A stretch of DNA of 63,725 nt, the filler included, from Folioceros fuciformis (Eukaryota): the NCBI GenBank assembly GCA_049999805.1. It is 19 parts of 19 records of this genome, joined end to end, with 100 filler letters (N's around TTAATTAATTAA, not from the genome) between each part and the next. Parts side by side here need not be neighbours in the genome. Positions count along the whole stretch, not along the records: positions 24,503 to 27,285 come from JBNGIO010006564.1; positions 27,386 to 30,089 come from JBNGIO010006565.1; positions 30,190 to 31,583 come from JBNGIO010006566.1; positions 31,684 to 41,666 come from JBNGIO010006567.1; 15 more parts are not named here. The stretch is one strand, 5' to 3'. Positions 26,023 to 39,114 of the stretch are shown piece by piece. A program made the translations under genes and the position numbers. How positions within the stretch are numbered: the first letter of the stretch is position 1; every line of letters starts with the position of its first letter. The notes beneath the pieces were generated by a model, which worked only from the letters and a program-made list of their open reading frames with translations, did no database searches and was not told the DNA's origin.

Positions 26023-27285
26023 TCAACCAGAAGGAGCAGTAGCAGCACCAAGCAGCTTCAAATCATCCTCAAGCTGGCCCTTGGAGTTGAGCGGCAAGGG
26101 CCGGTCGGGCAGGGTGCGCGGCAACGGTGCGTCTCCCTCCAGCAGCCTGAGAGCCTGGTGCATGGTGGGCCGGTTGCTCATGTGCGGGTGAGCGCACAAC
26201 AAGCCTATCTGAATGAATCTCTCCACCTCCGCCACCTCCTCCGGGCTCAGGTCTGCCCGAATCCGCGGATCCACGACCTCCAACAAGTTTCCCCGCTTCA
26301 TCATGGCCCAAACCCAGTCGGGGAGCAAGCAGGGCGGAGCTAGACACAGACACGGGTGCGGCGTCCTGGCCGCAGCCGTGCTCTTCCCAACCAGGACAAG
26401 CATACCTGTAATCAGCTCCAGCAAAACCACCCCGAAACTGTACACGTCCGATCTCTCCGTCAGCCGGCCGTACATGGCGTACTCCGGCGCAACGTAGCCA
26501 TGCGTTCCCGCAACCCTAGTTGTGACATGCGAGGCCCCCTCGGGCGTCACCTTGGCCAGCCCGAAGTCTGCCAGCTTAGGGCAGAACTGCTCGTCCAGGA
26601 GGATGTTGCTCCCCTTGACGTCGCGGTGGATGATGGCGGGCTTGGCCCCTCTGTGGAGATAGCAGATGGCACGGCCCGTGCCGATGGTGATCCGCCGCCT
26701 CTGCTCCCAAGATAGTGCCGGCCGGGACTTGTCCGTCAACACGTCGTCCAGGCTCCCGTTCGCCATGTAGTCGTAGACCAGGAAGCGCTGGTGGCCATGA
26801 CCGCTGGAGTCCACTTCCCGAGCCACGCACGATCCTCGAAGAACCACCAGGTTCCTGTGCCGCACCGAGCTGATCATGTGCGCCTCGTTCACGAACTCCG
26901 CGTCCCCGTCCGGAGAGCAGTTCTTGAATCGCTTCACGGCAATGAGCGAGCCGTCCTGCAGCCGCCCGCGATAGACGCATCCGAAGGCGCCGACGCCGAC
27001 GATGTGGTCGGCCGCGAAGTTGTTGGTGGCCGCCTTGATGTCCTCGAAGCTGAAGGCGTTGAGCGTGTAGGATCTGAAGGATCTCGGAGAGTCGTATTCG
27101 AAGGTACGGGAGGCTTCCGACTGCACCTTCTTGCGTCGGCGGTGATATTTGCCGGCGAACTGCTTGAAAGCATCCCAGCAGCACCAGCAGCAGATCCCGG
27201 CCGCGATGGCGGCTCCGAGCACCATGGTCGCCGTCGCCGTGATTATTAATGTCACGGCGCTAACGCACACTGTATGGTCCTGTCC
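26023..27285 (-). CDS. Receptor-like Ser/Thr kinase, RKF3-like; ectodomain truncated by the gap
   Basis: TM helix, GVGAFGCVY, AVKRFKNCS, GHQRFLVYDYM insert typical of RKF3, HRDVKGSN, DFG, GTHGYVAPE. Confidence 0.9.
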   Translation of the reverse strand, partial: GQDHTVCVSAVTLIITATATMVLGAAIAAGICCWCCWDAFKQFAGKYHRRRKKVQSEASRTFEYDSPRSFRSYTLNAFSFEDIKAATNNFAADHIVGVGAFGCVYRGRLQDGSLIAVKRFKNCSPDGDAEFVNEAHMISSVRHRNLVVLRGSCVAREVDSSGHGHQRFLVYDYMANGSLDDVLTDKSRPALSWEQRRRITIGTGRAICYLHRGAKPAIIHRDVKGSNILLDEQFCPKLADFGLAKVTPEGASHVTTRVAGTHGYVAPEYAMYGRLTERSDVYSFGVVLLELITGMLVLVGKSTAAARTPHPCLCLAPPCLLPDWVWAMMKRGNLLEVVDPRIRADLSPEEVAEVERFIQIGLLCAHPHMSNRPTMHQALRLLEGDAPLPRTLPDRPLPLNSKGQLEDDLKLLGAATAPSG

Positions 27286-27385
27286 NNNNNNNNNNNNNNN
27301 NNNNNNNNNNNNNNNNNNNNNNNNNNNNNTTAATTAATTAANNNNNNNNNNNNNNNNNNNNNNNNNNNNNNNNNNNNNNNNNNNN

Positions 27386-30089
27386 AACGAGCAAGCCGCA
27401 TAGCTTCCTTGCATGCCTCAGTCGCTGCAATATACTCGGCCTCTTTGGTAGATAGCATTATGCACGATTGCAAACGCGATCATCATGAGACTGCCCCTCC
27501 AGTGCACATGAAGACATAACCGGATGTGGACCTCCTTTTGTCCATCTCCCATGCATAATCAACATCCGTATATCCCACGACAGATGCATCTTCACTACCA
27601 AAACATATGCACAAAGCTTTTGTACCATTCAACTACCTCATAACTCCTTTCACTGCCTCCCCTTGCTTCTTGCCAGGGTTTGACATGAACCTGCTAACCA
27701 TTCCCACTGCAAAAGCAATGTCAGGACGTGTAGCAATCATTGCATACATCAAACTCCCTACAGCTGATGAGTATGGAACCTTCTCCATTTCAGCTTTATC
27801 CTCCGCAGAACTTGGGCAATCCTTGCTCGAAAGTTTCACATATGGAGGCAACGGAGTACTTAAGACCTTCCCCTTCTCCATATTGAAACGTTGAAGCACC
27901 TTGTTACTGTATTCAGTCTGAGACAAGAACAACAAACGTTTTTGTCTGTCTCGACAAACACGCATGCCAAGAATATGGCTTGCCTCTCCCAAGTTTGTCA
28001 TGTCAAAGCGACCGTTCAACTTTAACTTCAACGCTGAAATTTCATCACTGTTAGTCCCAGCAATTAGCATATCATCCACATAGAGAACCAGAATGAGCAA
28101 GCTTCCATCCTTAGCTTACTTCGTATAGAGGCAATGATCCTCATCGCTACGCTTGTAGCCTTGAGAAAGCATAAATGAGTGGAACTTGAAATACCACTCC
28201 TTGGGTGCCTGCTTCAAACCATAAAGGCTCTTCTTTAACTTGCACACCAGATTCTCTTTGCCCTTCTCAATGAAACCCTCTGGTTGCTGCATGTATACCT
28301 CTTCCTGGAGATCACCATGCAAAAATGCCGACTTCACATCCATCTGGACAAGTTCCATGTCGAGCCTCGCAACCAGAGCAAGAACACATCGCAAGGTGGT
28401 CATTTTGACAACTGGTGAGAAAAACTCATCAAAGTCAATACCTTGCTGTTGCTTAAAACCCTTCGCAACCAATCGTGCCTTGTACTTGGGTTTGCCATAA
28501 TGGGGTATGTCCTTCATCTTATACACCCATTTGCATGGCAACGCCTTCTTGCCCTTAGGCAACCGAACCAACTCCCAAGTTTGGTTCTTGTGGAGCGAAT
28601 CCATTTGTGACTGCATCGCCTTCTCCCACTTGTCCTTGTCAGTCATTGACATGGCCTCTTGGTAACAAGAGGGCTCCCCACAATCCGTCAGGATGACATA
28701 ATCAAGAGATGCAACATACCTCTCAAGAGGACGTGAGATCCTTCCTGACCTACGAAGCACTGGCGCCTCGGCTGGAGCTGGTTGCACTCTCTCCTCTTGT
28801 ACAAGTGGAGGAACTTGTTCCTGCACATCACGTCGTTCAACCTGCGCAGGACGATCAAGTCCATCTTCTTGGAAGACCACCCGTCGCACCTCCACAGTTG
28901 GAGTAGGCTTCTTGTGCATCTTGGTCTCATTGAAGAACACGTCATTGCTGCGAACCATCCTCTTGGTCTCTGGATTCCCACAGACTTCTTGTTCACCTCC
29001 TCTGTTAACAAGCTACCTTCTACATTTGCAGCGGTAAGACCACTGGCAGGAGCGCAATTACTCAGAGCTGTACGAAAGGTGTCCCAGCTCTCTGGTAATG
29101 TGACCAACAGAAACATAGCTCTTACGAAATCTGGAAACGAGATACCTTGAGATGAGAGCTGGCTGGAAATGGTATTGAACTTGTTCAAATGATCGGACAT
29201 CCTCGTCCCTTCCTTTATCTTCAAGTCCACCAATTGTTTCAACCAGTACACCTGAGAAGGCGCACTTTGCTTCTCGTACTGGTCACACAACTTCTGCCAT
29301 AGCTCGTAGCTTGTGGTCTTGTCTTTCACGTTGAAGTAGACCGACTTCGACAATGCAAGCTCATCTAGATCCTGCCACTCATCCTAAGTCATGCTAATGG
29401 GTTTCACTCCTAGCAACTTTGTCGGCTTTATCTGCTTCTTCTGACTAGAACATTATACACTTGTTCTTTCCAGAATGGGAAGTTAGTACCATCTAACTTC
29501 TCGATATTGAACATGATGTTTTCTGAGGACGTCATGATTCAAAAATCGATGCAAATCAACTAGAAGGCTAGTTAGAAAACAATCGGAATGTAATGTAGAT
29601 TTTGATAGTTACCCTCACACCTCGTTCCGAATCGGTTGTCCACAATTCAGGCCTCGGTCGCTCACGACTATATTCCTATCGTCCGATTCAAGATTCTGAC
29701 GCCTCGCGGCCGAGATCGTTTCAGCGTTCGTACCCTTGCTCTTTGCGTCGGAGCCCCAGCGACCGTGATTCAATGTCCGCGACGTCACTCTTGCCTGCGC
29801 CTTGGCATCCGCGCTATGGCGCTCCGACGCCCCTGGTCCTAGAGCCTGTGTCGTCCACGTGGCACCTGCGCTATGCTTACGCGACGCTCGCGTCCGCGTG
29901 GCCAAGGCGGTGGCCCGTGTGGCTCGGGCAACCTGAGCGGGCCTCGCGACCGGGGCTTGGTGCCCCCGGCTGGGGCCTAGCTCTGATACCACTTGAAGGA
30001 ACGCTCTAGGAGCTACATGGTGAAGGAGAAGAGAGGAGCAGGCAAGGAGGAAGAGAAACAAAGGTCACACCCTCACAATAGAGTCACAC
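27386..30089 (-). mobile_element. Internally deleted Ty1/copia element (Tnt1/Tork-like)
   Basis: LTR stub 29994-30089, PBS at 29980-29991, gag from ATG 29535 (IEKLDGTNFPFWKEQ), joined at ~28980 directly to the integrase C-terminus (RSNDVFFNE), then RT (YKARLVAKG, LYVDD, VPYSSAVGSLMYAM) with stops. Confidence 0.9.
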
Positions 30090-30189
30090 NNNNNNNNNNN
30101 NNNNNNNNNNNNNNNNNNNNNNNNNNNNNNNNNTTAATTAATTAANNNNNNNNNNNNNNNNNNNNNNNNNNNNNNNNNNNNNNNNNNNN

Positions 30190-31583
30190 GCACAGAGCGG
30201 AAGAGCGTTTGCAATACACTGGGCTCCCTCCTCATCCATGCCGATCCCAAGCAGACACAGGGCATGGAGACGCGGAGCGGTGGCCAGCATGCGAGCCAGG
30301 TGCTGTGCCCCTTCACCATCTCCCACTCTGTTGTAGCTTATGTTCAAATACTCCAGGACACAATCCTGGTTGAGGCCATCCACCATGGCACCAAGTCCAG
30401 CGGCATCAAGCCCAATCTTTTCTGCCTGCAGCTGTCGCAAGCTGCGACTGGAAGCAATAAGCTGACCTAGGGCCTTGCAACCCGCCAGCCTTCCAAAACC
30501 TTTGCACTTATACAGATGAAGATATTCCAGGGAAGGGTTGGATGCCAGGCCCCCCAACAGAACCGCGCATTCATCCTCCCGAGCGAGGCCGATTTCCCAC
30601 CCTTCAGATATCCTCAGGCCGCCGCGGAGACTGCGGCACTGGCCAATAGCTGCCAATACCCGCTTGCGCACTCGCCAGTGTCTCCTACAACGACCAAGCT
30701 CTCCCAAGTAGTGGCCATCCATACACACTCCGTCTGTGAAGTAATCGCCGTACTCCTCTGTGTCCAAGTGGGGGAGTTGGGACAAGGCATCACCTTCCAG
30801 ATCTTTCAGCAGCTGTTGCAGCTTAGCCGGCATCGCGCTCCAGTCATTCTCCTCCTTATCCTCCTCCTCCGCAATGCTCCGCGAGTGGTCGCTTTGAAGA
30901 ACGTTTCGTGCCAACGTTGCCCGGATGATGGCCACATTACCCTTCCAAGCCCACTTTGTACCCTGCATGTTGATCTTCCATAACGTGGTGCTGGCTCGGA
31001 CAGACTGCATCAAGTCTCCGGAGAGGTCATCATTGAGTTCAGCACAATCCAGAATGTTGAGCTCATTCAAAGACATACTCTTCTCCAAAGACTGCACCAA
31101 CGCTTTCATGAAAGAGGGCCACTTTATCGAGTACAAAGTCAGGATGCGTAATGATTTGCACTCCAGAAACGACATCGAGAATTCACTTAAACACTCGTCA
31201 CCCTCGTAGCAGAAAAACTCAAGATCAGAGAGGGTGGAGTTGTGGCGCCAGACGTCCAGGCCAAAGTTAACAGCAAAACCGTTGATGGCCAGATTCGTGA
31301 TACAATCGTTGGTGCCCAACATTCCCGCCAGCGCGTCGGCTAGGCCTGGCTCCTCACTGTTCCCGATATCCAACACCAGCTTGGTGACCCCAGACATGGC
31401 GGCATCAGCATCAGCACGGGTGAAAGCAAGTTTGCACACAGTGCTCATGGGCCCCAGGTTGCCGTGTATTTCGGAACCCCTAACTGAATTACGCCCACCC
31501 GGATATTCACCATCCAAAACAAGCACCCGGAGCGATGCACAGAGCGGAAGAGCGTTTGCAATACACTGGGCTCCCTCCTCATC
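30190..31583 (-). CDS. RNI-like leucine-rich-repeat protein segment (resembles TORNADO1-like LRR N-terminal region); open at both ends
   Basis: Stop-free frame across the whole contig with LRR motifs (SLEYLHL, SLRQLQA, LEYLNISYNRVGD, RLHALCL, SLNELNI). Confidence 0.75.
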
Positions 31584-33419
31584 NNNNNNNNNNNNNNNNN
31601 NNNNNNNNNNNNNNNNNNNNNNNNNNNTTAATTAATTAANNNNNNNNNNNNNNNNNNNNNNNNNNNNNNNNNNNNNNNNNNNNACTATTGGATAGTGCCC
31701 AAGGTTGCTTTTTTTTTTTTTAATCTATTAGAATATGAGTAGAGAAGGAGGTGGTCATAATTGTGGTTGAAAGAAAAAGCTTGTTAGATTTTTGGGGATA
31801 TGTAATATCTGGCTTTTAAAATATTGATTGGAGAGTATTTAGAGTTTTGTGTAGACTTTGTAGCACAGTGAATTGGCTTAGATGTTCAGAAGCTAACACT
31901 TCTCACTTTCTTTTAGACTACATTCAAGAGATATTACTCTTTGACAAGAAGATAATCAAGGGGTCGAAGGTATAAATGAGCTTCAATATAGGGATTGGAG
32001 AGGGATTAGGAGTAAAATCTTAATATGCTTTGAGGCATAAGAAATAACTTGGATAAGGTTAAAAGTAGATTCTAAATATGTTTATAAAGATAAGACAAAT
32101 TGGATAAGATTAGGAATAGATTTTAGATGCATCCAAAGGAATAAGAGACATATTAGGTTGGTTTGGTTGTTTATGTCTTTTGTCTACCCAAATGCTCAAT
32201 CAAAACCATTGCACACCACAACCCTCGAATTGCAACTTCAGCATCCTTATAACCAATAAATAAACTCTAATAATTTCCCTAGCTAATTATCATTGGTGAA
32301 TAAACTCTAAACATTTGCCTAGTTAATTTTAAGGCTCATTAACCTCCAACTATCTTTGAGGATGGACAATTCATGCTGAGGTTCCAATAAAGCTTCAATG
32401 ACCATTTGGTCAAGCCTAAGTTAGTTGGGGTTTGAGACTTCAGGACTTGGATTAGAATTCAATTCGCTTATTTAGCACATGCATGGTTTGACATGTGTGT
32501 GGGTTTTGTATGTAAAATATCATCTAGAAATTTTGAGTGTTTTTTGAGTAAATGTATCATTTCATAAAGGAGTATGATATGAGTAAGAATCATGGTAGAA
32601 AGTATGTAGTCTGAGATGTAGTTTAATAAGTTAAGTGATTAGTGGGAGTTAGACTTAACCTAGGGTTTAAGCAAGATGTTAGGCTTTAGGCAATCATTCT
32701 TTGAGAATGACTTAAGCTGAAAGGGAATGAGGCCAACCTTAAAGACGAGGATGCTAGTATCTTGGAATTGAGAAAAAGTCATAAACCATGGCTTATGGGT
32801 TAGGATTTGGGTGACTACAAGCTCTAACAACCTAGAGTATCAATGAGCTAGAGGAGAGTATACAATATCAGCATGATTGTGCTAGAGGAGTGTTTAAAGT
32901 GTGAGTGTACTAGGGGAGAGTTGTTGAGAAGGAGATGAAGAGAGCTGAGCTATGGTTCTAGCTTAAGCAAAGATAGGAGCTCGGTATGATGTATGACAAA
33001 TTCGTGTGAACTCTTGTTCGTATAAAGATTAAGGGCAAAATTTTGCGGATAGAGCCTTTCCACAGAAGAGCTCCATATTCCTTACAAATCCAGAGTTGGT
33101 ATTCTTGGCAAGGGATGACCCCTACTCTCCATGAGATGGATGACACCCCATCTAATTATGTATTGCACCTCATCTAAGTACTATCCTTTCTTGAAGTATG
33201 AGGTCTAATGAACTCATATGTAGAGTTAATCTTCTCACCATTTTGTCAATGGAAAGAAAGCATGCTGGTTCTCTGTCCTAAGAACTAGTAACTATGGAAA
33301 GACTATTTCATAATATGTAAAATATATTCTATATTTTTTTTCTTTTTTATGATCACTACATTCTCCCTTAACCTGAATCTTATTTAGTTTGCAACAAGGA
33401 GGTATCTGTCCATAAAAAT

Positions 33420-33709
33420 GCCAAGCAAGTACTTGGTAATGTGCCAAGCAAGCACTTGGTAATGTGCGTAGTAAGCACTTGGTAAGACACAAGCCTTTGT
33501 GTCCAGCAATCATGACTTTTATGAGTTGTCTCTTCCTTATAAAATCTATCCCATTTTATTATCTCTTTGAACACGATGACCTGGAAGCTTGGTTTTTTTT
33601 TACTTTCTTTTAACGATATGGTATCCAGCTTCGAGTGGATCATCACATATTTACTCTTGAGTGGATCCATCACACATTTACTCTTGAACGGGTTCATCAC
33701 ACATTTACG
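33420..33709. repeat. Two short minisatellites (23 bp x3 at ~33420-33486; ~26 bp x3 at ~33636-33709)
   Basis: Repeats of ccaagcaagYacttggtaatgtg and catcacaYatttactcttga. Confidence 0.75.
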
Positions 33710-33984
33710 TTTGGTGAGTGATTACCTTTGGTGAGTGAGCTGAGGTGTCCAACCCACATGACCAGTGCATGTGATAAAATGTTAGTGTTTGAACTCTTGG
33801 AGGCTTCAATGCCTCTCAGAAGGTTAACAGAAACTGAGCCTCGGCCGGCCAGTTTCAATCTCAGTGCCCCGAATTGTTGGACAACCCACATTCGGAGTCG
33901 CATACTGCGCGAGTAGCTAATAAATAAGTGTCTAGAGTTATGCTAAGCTTTAGGTCAAGGAAGGAAAGCATCATGGTGCAAGGG

Positions 33985-36900
33985 TTAGCAACGAGACTTT
34001 CTTACATCTCCTCGAGCACATGATTTGTTGTAGTGGGAAGGCTGCTTTTGAGATGTTGCCACCACCTGGTGTCCTTCCTTAGCAACTGAACAAGGGCTTC
34101 TCCTCATAGCAGAAAAACGGGTGTCATGGACTGGAACATTCTGGGCACTCTCAGTGGGTCTGTTCACGATGTCATGCTTGGATGACCCTGATCTCCTCCT
34201 AAACAGCAGATCACCTTGAGTGGAATGATCGGCTAACTTGCTGCCACCCATGGTCCCAAAGCAGGGCCTCTTGCACGGCGGAGTTAACTCTGAGTCTTCC
34301 AACTCCCTTCCAATGCCCAATGTGCGCCGTCGTCTTAGCTTTGTAGAACTTGTTGAGTCCCTTGAACACGCGTGCGTGGGTGACACCTGTGATGCCTTCG
34401 ATGAAGGATTCTCGAGCAGCAACTCTTCTTCCAAGTCTAAAGGACATAATGCAAAAGCCTTTTGCCTTACGCTCATGTGCCTTTTGCTCCTTTTGCCCTT
34501 GATTGGGATATTATCCTTCGCCTCTGGCCCTGGACTATCAGCTGCAATCTTCGAAATGTCTTTGATATCCTCAGCCGGCGGCAAAGGAGAACGACTTAAG
34601 AGATGTACAAAATCTACCATCAACTGTTGTGAAGCTAGTGAGATCACATCATCCGAGTTACTGGCTGAGCTCTCTGATTTCCTCAGAACAGCTTCCTCTG
34701 GACTGCCCCGGGCCTCACTCGAAACCCTTGAGCCACTAAAATGAAGCTCCTGGAAGCACCTCTTTGTCGAGAACTTGTCAGGAGTAAGACTACAACAACT
34801 GAACAAAGGCCCGTTTGATGGTTGAACATCTATTCTCTGTCTCTTGCAAGCCCTCACGAGTTCCTCTGGCTCCTCGAGTTTCACCTCAGCCATATCATGG
34901 TTGTAAGCACCGCAAAGGACTTGAGCACCTCTTAGCAGCTCCACCATGTAATTACCCACTTCATCTGGTACCATAGGTTCCCTCTTAACTGACTCATAGT
35001 CAGGTGCATTATGCTTTAAAGATAGCTGAGATGTGGGGCCTAGCTTCCCACACAAAGCTTGAGACGAGGAGCCTTGAACTGTTACAGAGGTCAGCTTGGA
35101 AAGTGTGCTGGGTTTTCCATCATCAGGCAAGCAAGATCCTAGCTTAGCTGACTCACAGGAAACTCCGACAGTACACTCTCGGTATAAAGATAGCATGCTG
35201 CTGAAAATGCCTCCCGCTTGACACCAGCTTGCAGAAGGTCTCTGAAGGGCCCGCTGTGGTGAGGCCAACGACCTCAGAAGAGACTGACTGGCCTTCTGCC
35301 CCAAATTCATAATGGCTTGCGTGTAAACTTCATCCAGAGGCTCGTCCTTTCCATCCACAGGCTTACGGCCGCAATACAGAAGAAGGTTTTGGCATGAAAC
35401 CTGCTGGTCAGAAAGCGAGCTACTAACCTCACCTGAAACCTGCTCATGACCTGCTGCAGCTACCCGACCCTCACATGTATCCTTGTCTTCCCTTCGACAA
35501 TCTTTATCTTGGCCTTCCAATGCTGGATCTGGCGAAATGTTCGTCGTTTCACTGTCAGTTATCTCATCATGGCAGCTAGCAGATAATTCCTGTTGAGACA
35601 GTGAGCCTGTTGTTCCTGCCAGAGTTGAGTCGACGGAAACTATACCTGGATTTTCCAGCCATTCGGGAGTTTTGGCAACAAGATTTAGAACCTCACTAAC
35701 CGAAGTGAAATAATCAACACCTTTCACGGAAGAGCCCTGGGAAAATTTATGATTCGGTACCAAGAAGAGCGAGGTAGATCTACGTCTAGAAGATACAACC
35801 TTTCTCTCCATCTCCTCAGACTGCCATCCCCTAGCTAGCAACCGTGGCCATACAGCTTCTAGGAACAGGTTCTGTGCCCGAGCCTTACTCATTCTACAAT
35901 CACCAGTGAGGAAAGCCACGACTTCCTCCTTTGTAAGGTTCGAGCAAGCTTTTCCTGCAGGTATTTCCAGCCGTGAGGGTGTTGGATCCATGTGTCCACC
36001 AGTCAGGTCCTGCTTTCCGGAACCAAGCCCAATCGCAAGGACCAAATTTCCTAATCCTGCAGTAGCCTTCAGGCGAAAGACGAAGTCCTCAAATGACATT
36101 CTTCCACTGTTGAAAGATTGGACATCCTGCACAGCAAGAAGTTCAGATAGTTAGCAGGACCCTACGACAGGCAATAACTACAAAGCATATCCTCTCCAAT
36201 GCGGCAACAAACAAAGCCATCTACATCTAGGTAGCAACTGATAAGCCTTGCATCAACAATTAAGAGCTTCCTGGACAGCTCAGTACGAACCTCAGCAAGT
36301 GCAGATTTTGCAGTGTCTAGAACAGAAGGAGACAGCCGGTCAAGAAGCTGTTCTTGCCGCCAACCTGTAACCAAGCTTGACCCGTTTACACACCTGCCCC
36401 TGTTTCTCCTTGCTCCCAACCATCGCCTGTAGCTCGCTGATCCATGGAACTTGCTGTAGTAAAAGTGCAGAACATCCTGCATGTCCTTCTGCCCAACAAA
36501 TGTCTTTACCATATAGAAGTCCTTGCCAAAGAGATACAGGCCCACTGTAAAAGCCTTGACGTCATTCTCATCCCAGGGGCAAGTCATGGTACCGGGCACC
36601 AGAATCTGGTTGCTCCCAGATGTTTCCTCGCTTGCCTGATTCAATTTGCTCATACTAGTCTCCCTTTTAGCCTTGACCTTCTTTACCCTCTTCCACCCAG
36701 CCCGTCTCCTCCTCCTTTTCTTCACCGTTTCTACCCTTTTGTCATTGCCCGAACCACAAATGGCAGCTCCCACCTTTTCGGTGCCTCCCACATGAGTCCC
36801 ATCCCTTTGATCAGTCGAGGGCTCAGAAACTTGTTGAGCATTCTCATCTGAAAGACAGCTCTGCAATGTGTCGGACCTACCTTCCGGAAATTCAACTTTA

Positions 36901-37313
36901 ACCTGAACTGGAACTGGGCATGGTACCTCTTCAGTGGTCGGCATTGTGTCAACACTACAGGCGCTACTCCTTGAACTAGACACTACAGCGGTTCTAGATT
37001 TTGCTGCGTCCGCTTGCTGTGTTGTCTGAATTAGCATCAAGGGCACTGATAACCCATACGCGAAGGCACGCTCCTCAACATCCATAGAATCTGTCTCACC
37101 TTCATCCTCTCCATCCTCGTTCGCGTAACAGCTGATGTTGAGATCAAACTTTGCCACAATTGGCTTGTACGGCAGAACTTGGCATTGATGCCTAGCTCCT
37201 ATCGCAGGGCGGAGTCTCTGCTGAGCGTTGCTTGAGACGCAACAGGCGCTGGATGAGTTCCTCAGCAGGGATGGATTAAGCGCTTCCCTGGAGTTGTTGG
37301 TATCCTCCATCAT
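33985..37313 (-). CDS. SANT-domain protein (At2g47820/At1g55050-like); exons 37313-36291 and 36126-33985
   Basis: RPAIGARHQCQV (ELM2-like), WDENDVKAFTVGLYLFGKDF..FYYSKF..YRRW (SANT), LFLEAVWPRLLARGWQSE and GVDYFTSVSEVL family motifs; a GT-AG intron joins the frames. Confidence 0.85.
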
Positions 37314-39114
37314 CTTGTCAATACCAAGGTCACGTGACTTGTCCTGACGCAGAGGCTGATGCGAACGCTTACATTCTTAGCCAATCGTCCATCCAGTGGA
37401 TTTCTCCTGACACCTACATGGAGCAGCATTGGAAGGAACAAAGTGAGCCCACTGCACAGGGATCGGAACACAAGACCGTCCTACTTGTCCCCAGCTTACA
37501 CTCGCATCACCTAACATGAACGGTAAAAGCAGTGTCTCCCCCACAGAAAAAGGACAGATTGCGGAAGTCCAACTTGAGCACCAATTTCCAACCGCAGGAT
37601 TTCCAGCAAGCTACGCAACCCAAGACGTTCTTTGACAGTGCAGTGAGCCATCCCGTTTTCTTGCGTGATCGCAAGTGACAGATCCAGCATTTTCAGGTTC
37701 CTACAGCAGTAGCGCCTCCTCCATGAGTCCATGACTGCCCGAAACCAAGGAAGGACCACGAGAATTGATTCCGCTCTGTCGTACCGGACAGCCCGGATTG
37801 GATTGCGACACTAAACCAACCCACCGCAAGGCTATCATCCAGGCCCCGACGGATTCACATACAATGACACAGAGAGGTAGAGAAAATGAAAGAAGCGTCC
37901 TGGAGGCTGAGCACCCACTAGACAACAAGCTCAGCAGCGATTGCTTCCCCCGAGGTAATCCATATTCCATCCAACAGATCTTGCAAAATTTGGCAAAGCT
38001 ACAGGCAGTCAGGCAGGCAAGCGTTGCAGCGCATTCCAAATGCATAAGTGGCCGGATGTGGTGCACTGGGCACCCAATTGGCAATCGCAGCCCCCAAGTT
38101 CCAGGATCTGCAGCAGCTAGCAGCAAGCAGCAAAGCAGCAATTCCACACTCCCCTCATGCCATTGGCGGATGAATTGGCACATCTGCAGCCGAATTACCT
38201 GCGGGCAGCAGGCTTGCAGCAAGCAGGCGCTGCGGCTGTCATTCCCCAGCTGCTGCAGGGGACAGCGACTGGCTGTGCAGCGTGATATCCCTGGAGCAGA
38301 AATAAAATTAGGCGGCAGAGGAATTGCAGCCTGCTCCCGCCTGGCCAGCCTGCCCCAATGGTGCACGCGGCTAGCGCATCCGGAGATGCTTCATGTGCCT
38401 GGTTTGTGGTCCGTCAAAGGTGGACTGTCTCGTCCCTTCCCCGTCTCGTCCTCGTCTCGCTCGCTCTCGCTCGCTCTCGCTCTCGCTCTCTCCTCTCCTC
38501 TGGGCTCACACTGGCTCTCTCTTTTCTTCTTTGTCTCGCCTGCTGTTTCTCTCTCTCCCGAGTCGCTCCTCGTGGCCAGGCCTGTCGTCTGGGTCGCGGC
38601 AAGGCAATTTAGCTGGGCATTCCATGCTATGAGCCGGCGCTGTATCATGGGCATCACAGATCATGCTACCACTGGTAACGTGTTTCGTCACTCATCCCCT
38701 CGCATATTCAACCGACATACGCCGCTGTCCGTGTCCGTTCCAAATGGAGCCAATATTATCGACGCCACAAAATTGCCAGGAAGTTGACATCGGGAACCCC
38801 GTTCCAACCCCCTTCAATGTCAAATACCTGTTCACCAATGCAAGTACACTACATATGTACATACACTATGTGCTTTAAGTTGTTATTATTCATATCTAAA
38901 TGGTTTTTGAGGTTTCCAGATTTTTATGTCGTGCCTCTTATTGGGTAGGTTCTCATAGAAAAATTTGTCAACATAAATAAGTTAAGTGATTATGGTATGT
39001 AGACCCTTCTTTCTTTGAACACCATGATATCGCGGGTGCTATAGGTAGCTTTCAGGTTGTGCACGTAGCTTGGGTGTTAGGCTTGCGGTCACGTATGGTG
39101 GTTTAGGGTTTAGG

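Noticed and set aside
31684-33300. AT-rich, strand-biased region suggestive of an old TE
   Set aside because: No diagnostic protein motif or termini could be read, so it is left uncalled.
37765-38787. 340-aa plus-strand ORF
   Set aside because: Non-ATG start, runs through a CT microsatellite, has no domain, and lies antisense to the probable intron-containing 5' leader of the SANT gene.
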